Below are positions 60,182 to 64,000 of a stretch of DNA of 64,000 nucleotides, in pieces. The stretch is from Eutreptiella sp. 'Long Island Sound 2002' (lineage: Eukaryota; Protista; Euglenida). The stretch covers positions 161,386,001-161,450,000 of the forward strand of contig OZ038378.1 of NCBI GenBank assembly GCA_964036045.1, written 5' to 3'. The position numbers and the translations under genes were made by a program. Each line of letters starts with the position of its first letter. Position 1 is the stretch's first letter. The notes under the pieces are model-generated. The model ran no database searches. It was not told the origin of the DNA and worked only from the letters and a program-made list of their open reading frames with translations.

Positions 60182-61050
60182 CTCTCTGGGACATCCAGAA
60201 CGTGCCAACACGGAGCAAATTCGCAATTTTTCAGCGTTTTCTCACGTTTTGGTCCAATGCACTAAAATTTCGTTCCATAGGGGGGGGTATGTTGCTTTTT
60301 GAAATCTGCGAGAAAAGGCCGTTTCAGAAATGTATGGGTTGGGAGGGGGGTAGGTGGTCACAGTTTTGCACAAGGAGTTGTAAACGGAAGTGCTGAAGTA
60401 ATGTAGGAACTGGTTCTTGCAAATTTCGCGATGGGACCCACGGTATGGTACGAAATATCTTGTTTGATGCCCCCTCTTTCTGGTGTACTTCTGCTCCAAA
60501 TCGACGTCAATGCAGGTTGCCAGAAATTCATATTCTGAAGCCTTGGTGGGGTGCGTCTTTTTATCCCAAAATTGCGCTGCAAAAGCAGCAGCCTCAGAAG
60601 CGGATAGAATCTGGTGTTCCTCGTGGTCACATGCAGGTTGCTGCGAACCACCTGTACGAGGCTTTTTTGCGGGGCTCGGGGCCACCATGCGACTAACCTG
60701 CACCCAGTTTGCAGGCCCAAAACGTGCTCTTTTGCGAACCAAAGGTTGTTGCGGTGCATCGGGGGATGCAACAGCACGCTGCGTGAATTTGTATGAAGAC
60801 ATGGTAGCTGCCTGTTGACAAAAAGAGGCAGCAAGCAACACATGCACCGTCCGAAACGGACAAAAATCTCAAACATGTCGTCAGTACAACATGCAGACCC
60901 AGGGTGTTCCAAATAGCCCTTCTCAAGGGCTTTCCGAATATACCCTACATACCCCCCCCTTTGGGACACTCAGCGGGCACAAACGACGCAACAATGACGA
61001 CAACCCCTGAAAACGCTCCGTGTTGGCACGTTCCTCAACGTCCGAGAGAG
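60182..61050. mobile_element. 869-bp TIR-bounded cassette, superfamily unassigned
   Basis: ~36-bp TIRs CTCTCT(G/C)GGAC...GAACGTGCCAACACGGAGC with a perfect inner 19 bp; ATAT on both sides (60178-60181, 61051-61054), where an uninterrupted satellite unit has a single ATAT. Confidence 0.8.
60242..60802 (-). CDS. Orphan ORF (186 aa) inside the TIR cassette
   Basis: MSSYKFTQRAV...RKRARF...KKPRT...; ATG in context GCTACCATG, 9 nt after a pyrimidine tract plus CAG acceptor; non-repetitive composition; no recognisable domain. Confidence 0.55.
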   Translation of the reverse strand: MSSYKFTQRAVASPDAPQQPLVRKRARFGPANWVQVSRMVAPSPAKKPRTGGSQQPACDHEEHQILSASEAAAFAAQFWDKKTHPTKASEYEFLATCIDVDLEQKYTRKRGHQTRYFVPYRGSHREICKNQFLHYFSTSVYNSLCKTVTTYPPPNPYISETAFSRRFQKATYPPLWNEILVHWTKT

Positions 61051-62642
61051 ATATTGGGGTACGGGGATGACATGTGTCACACATTGTGCGGTATGGGTGT
61101 GACATGTGTCACACATATTGTGGTATGGGTGCGGCATGTGTCACACATATTGGGGTAGGGGTGCGACATGTGTCACACATATTGGGGTATGGGTGTGACA
61201 TGTGTCACACATATTGGGGTACGGGGATGACATGTGTCACACGTTGTGCGGTATGGATGTCCCACGTGTCGCACATATTGAGGTATGGGTGTGACATGTG
61301 TCACAGATTGTGGGGTATGGGTGCGGCATGTGTTACACATATTGGGGTACGGTTATGACAAGTGTCACACGTTGTGCGGTATGGGTGTGACATTTGTCAC
61401 ACATATTGGGATATGGGTGTGACATTAGCCACACATATTGGGGTATGTGTGGCACATGTGTGGTGTTATGGGGATGCCATGTGTCACACATATTGGGGTA
61501 TGGCTGTGACATGCGTGACACCTTGTGGCGTATGGGTGCGACATGTGTTACACATATTGGGGTATGGGTGTGACATGCGTCACACATATTGCGGTATGGG
61601 TATGACATGAGGTAAAAATAATCGAGTATGTGTGCTACATGTGTCACACATAGTGGGTATGGGTGTGACATGTGTCACACATATTGGGTTATGGGGATGA
61701 CATGTGTCACACATTGTGCGGTATGGGTGCGACATGTGTCACACATTGTGGGGTATGGGTGCGACATGTATCACACATATCGGGGTATGGGTGTGACATG
61801 TGTCACACATTGTGGGGTACGGGGATGACATGTGTCACAGATTGTGGGGTATGGGTGCGACATGTATCACACATATCGGGGTATGGGTGTGACATGTGTC
61901 ACACATATTGGGGTACGGGGATGACATGTGTCACACATTGTGCGGTATGGGTGCGACATGTTTCACACATTGTGCGGTATGGGTGCAACATGTGTCACAC
62001 ATTGTGGGGTATGGGTGCGACATGTGTCACACATTGTGGGGTATGGGTGCGACATGTGTCACACATTGTGCGGTATGGGTGCGACTTGTGTCACACATAT
62101 TGGGGTATGGGTGCAACATGTGTCACAGATTGTGGGGTATGGGTGCGACATGTGTCACACATATTGGGGTATGGGTGCAACATGTGTCGCACATATTGGG
62201 GTATGGGTGCGACATGTGTCACACATATTGGGGCAAGGGTGTGACATTAGTCACACATATTGGGGTATGGTTATGACATGTGTCACACATTGTGGGGTGC
62301 AGGGATGACATGTGTCACACTTATCCGAACATGGATGTGACATGTGTCACACGTATTGTGGTATGGGGATGCCATGTGTCACACATATTGGGGTATGGCT
62401 GTGACATGTGTGACACCTTATGGCGTATGGGTATGATATGTGTCACATGTATTGGGGTATGGGTGTGACATGCGTCACACATGTTGCGGTATGGGTATGA
62501 CATGAGGTACACATATTCGAGTGTGTGCTACATGTGTTACACATGTTGGGGTATGGGTGTGACATGTGTCACACATATCGGGGTATGGGGATGACATGTG
62601 TCACACATTGTGCGGTATGGGTGCGACATGTGTCACACATAT

Positions 62643-63016
62643 CTCTCTGGGACATCCAGAACGTGCCAACACGGAGCAAATTCGCAATTTTTCAGCGTTT
62701 TCTCACGTTTTGGTCCAATGCACTAAAATTTCGTTCCATAGGGGGGGGTATGTTGCTTTTTGAAATCTGCGAGAAAAGGCCGTTTCAGAAATGTATGGGT
62801 TGGGAGGGGGGTAGGTGGTCACAGTTTTGCACAAGGAGTTGTAAACGGAAGTGCTGAAGTAATGTAGGAACTGGTTCTTGCAAATTTCGCGACGGGACCC
62901 ACGGTATGGTACGAAATATCTTGTTTGATGCCCCCTCTTTCTGGTGTACTTCTGCTCCAAATCGACGTCAATGCAGGTTGCCAGAAATTCATATTCTGAA
63001 GCCTTGGTGGGGTGCG
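62643..63016. mobile_element. Truncated second copy of the TIR cassette (left 370 bp)
   Basis: Near-identical to 60182-60556, then diverges abruptly at GGTGCGT|GACC; a 15-bp stub of the same end sits at 59706-59720. Confidence 0.85.
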
Positions 63017-64000
63017 TGACCACCTCCTTGAGGTGCAGGCAAAGCAAAGGTCAGGTGCGCACAACTGAGCACACTTAACGCAGAATGGAAGTGGTACTTG
63101 CGACTTCAACGCGTTTCACGCGGAAAAAACGCCGTTGACGCCTTTAGTCCCCAACTAACTTCCAAGATCAGATAATATACATCACCTCAGTTTGAACACT
63201 GCGGTTTATTTACAGAACTAAAGCCTGTGTGTTTCCCTTTCAGGCGCATCCAGAGGCTTTTGGAGCATCCATGAAGAGGTTGCCCAGAGTTGGGAACATG
63301 ACGGCCATCTTTGCTGTCAACCAGTTCCTCTGGTATGACCGGCAGCACACGCAGCAACTGAAAAGATAAGAGGAGCAGCATGATTTGGAGGAGCAGCAGT
63401 AAACCTGTGAGGCTGTCTGCACGGCTGCAGATGCCCAGTGCTTGGGTGAGGCTGCATGTCCCCAGGGTTTGACTTGCACGTATGGCCCTCTGGCGATTTC
63501 TTTGGCTGACTCAGTTGCACTGCGTTACATTGGTCAACACTTAGATGGCATGAATTGAACGGCTGTTCGAGAAGGTCCGCGTAACTAAGCTATGGACGCC
63601 ACTGCTACACCGAGTGATCTCTGTGGCGGTGACGTGACAAGCTTCCTCAAACGTAGTTCATGTCCACGAGCACGCTACACCAGGCCTACTTCCTGAGCCC
63701 CCATCGGTTTCTCTCATAGTGTCCCCACGGCATGATGCAAGAGCAATGCGATCTACTTGGAACTTCACCCTTACTTGGAATCTCATTGAATCTCTCCAGT
63801 TGAATTCCAAGTAGTTACCAAGCAAACAGGAAGGCCCACGACACTAACCCACATAGAGTTTAGGCTCAAGGCGGGTAGAATCCAGGGGAACTTCCATCAA
63901 GCTGTTGTCAGGCAAACGTGAAACGCATTGTTTTTGTTTATTCAAGAACATTGGACATGGCAGTGCTATTCTTTTTTTTAAAACAAAAAGGAGCAATGCG

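Larger units (their letters stand above)
59045..62642. repeat. ~32-bp satellite with palindromic core TGTGACA-TG-TGTCACA, interrupted by a TIR cassette
   Basis: Unit GACATGTGTCACACATATTGGGGTATGGGTGT; higher-order duplications at offsets 476 and 2461 bp. Confidence 0.95.

Noticed and set aside
59045-62642. CRISPR array or functional CRP regulon
   Set aside because: The 32-bp units are contiguous without unique spacers; no bacterial genes or promoters nearby.

Overview
Repeat-rich eukaryotic genomic DNA; the taxon cannot be determined from the sequence, and there are no prokaryotic operons, rRNA, tRNA or CRISPR arrays. Most ORFs in the supplied track are artefacts of GC-rich or tandem-repeat DNA. 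Reading the minus strand for GT-AG exons by hand gives three interrupted genes. (1) A beta-propeller-like gene whose exon 4000-4404 runs off the left edge into a G-rich satellite intron. (2) A 10-exon, phase-consistent partial gene (43977 to stop at 10548, about 465 aa) encoding a disordered R/D/G/S/Y/W-rich protein that ends in RG/RGG and MKYVPKT. (3) A 4-exon partial gene (58212 to stop at 51273) encoding an NFKBIL1-like C-terminal domain (W-x2-FE...IPW...RWHPD...SQAVN). Introns and intergenic DNA are filled with satellites, two hAT-type MITEs with 8-bp TSDs, foldback MITEs, decayed non-LTR retrotransposon pieces (one with RNase H) and a Penelope-like RT remnant. The most unusual object is an 869-bp inverted-repeat-bounded, ATAT-flanked cassette carrying a 186-aa orphan ORF, inserted into a 32-bp palindromic satellite. 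All family assignments come from motif recognition, not database searches.
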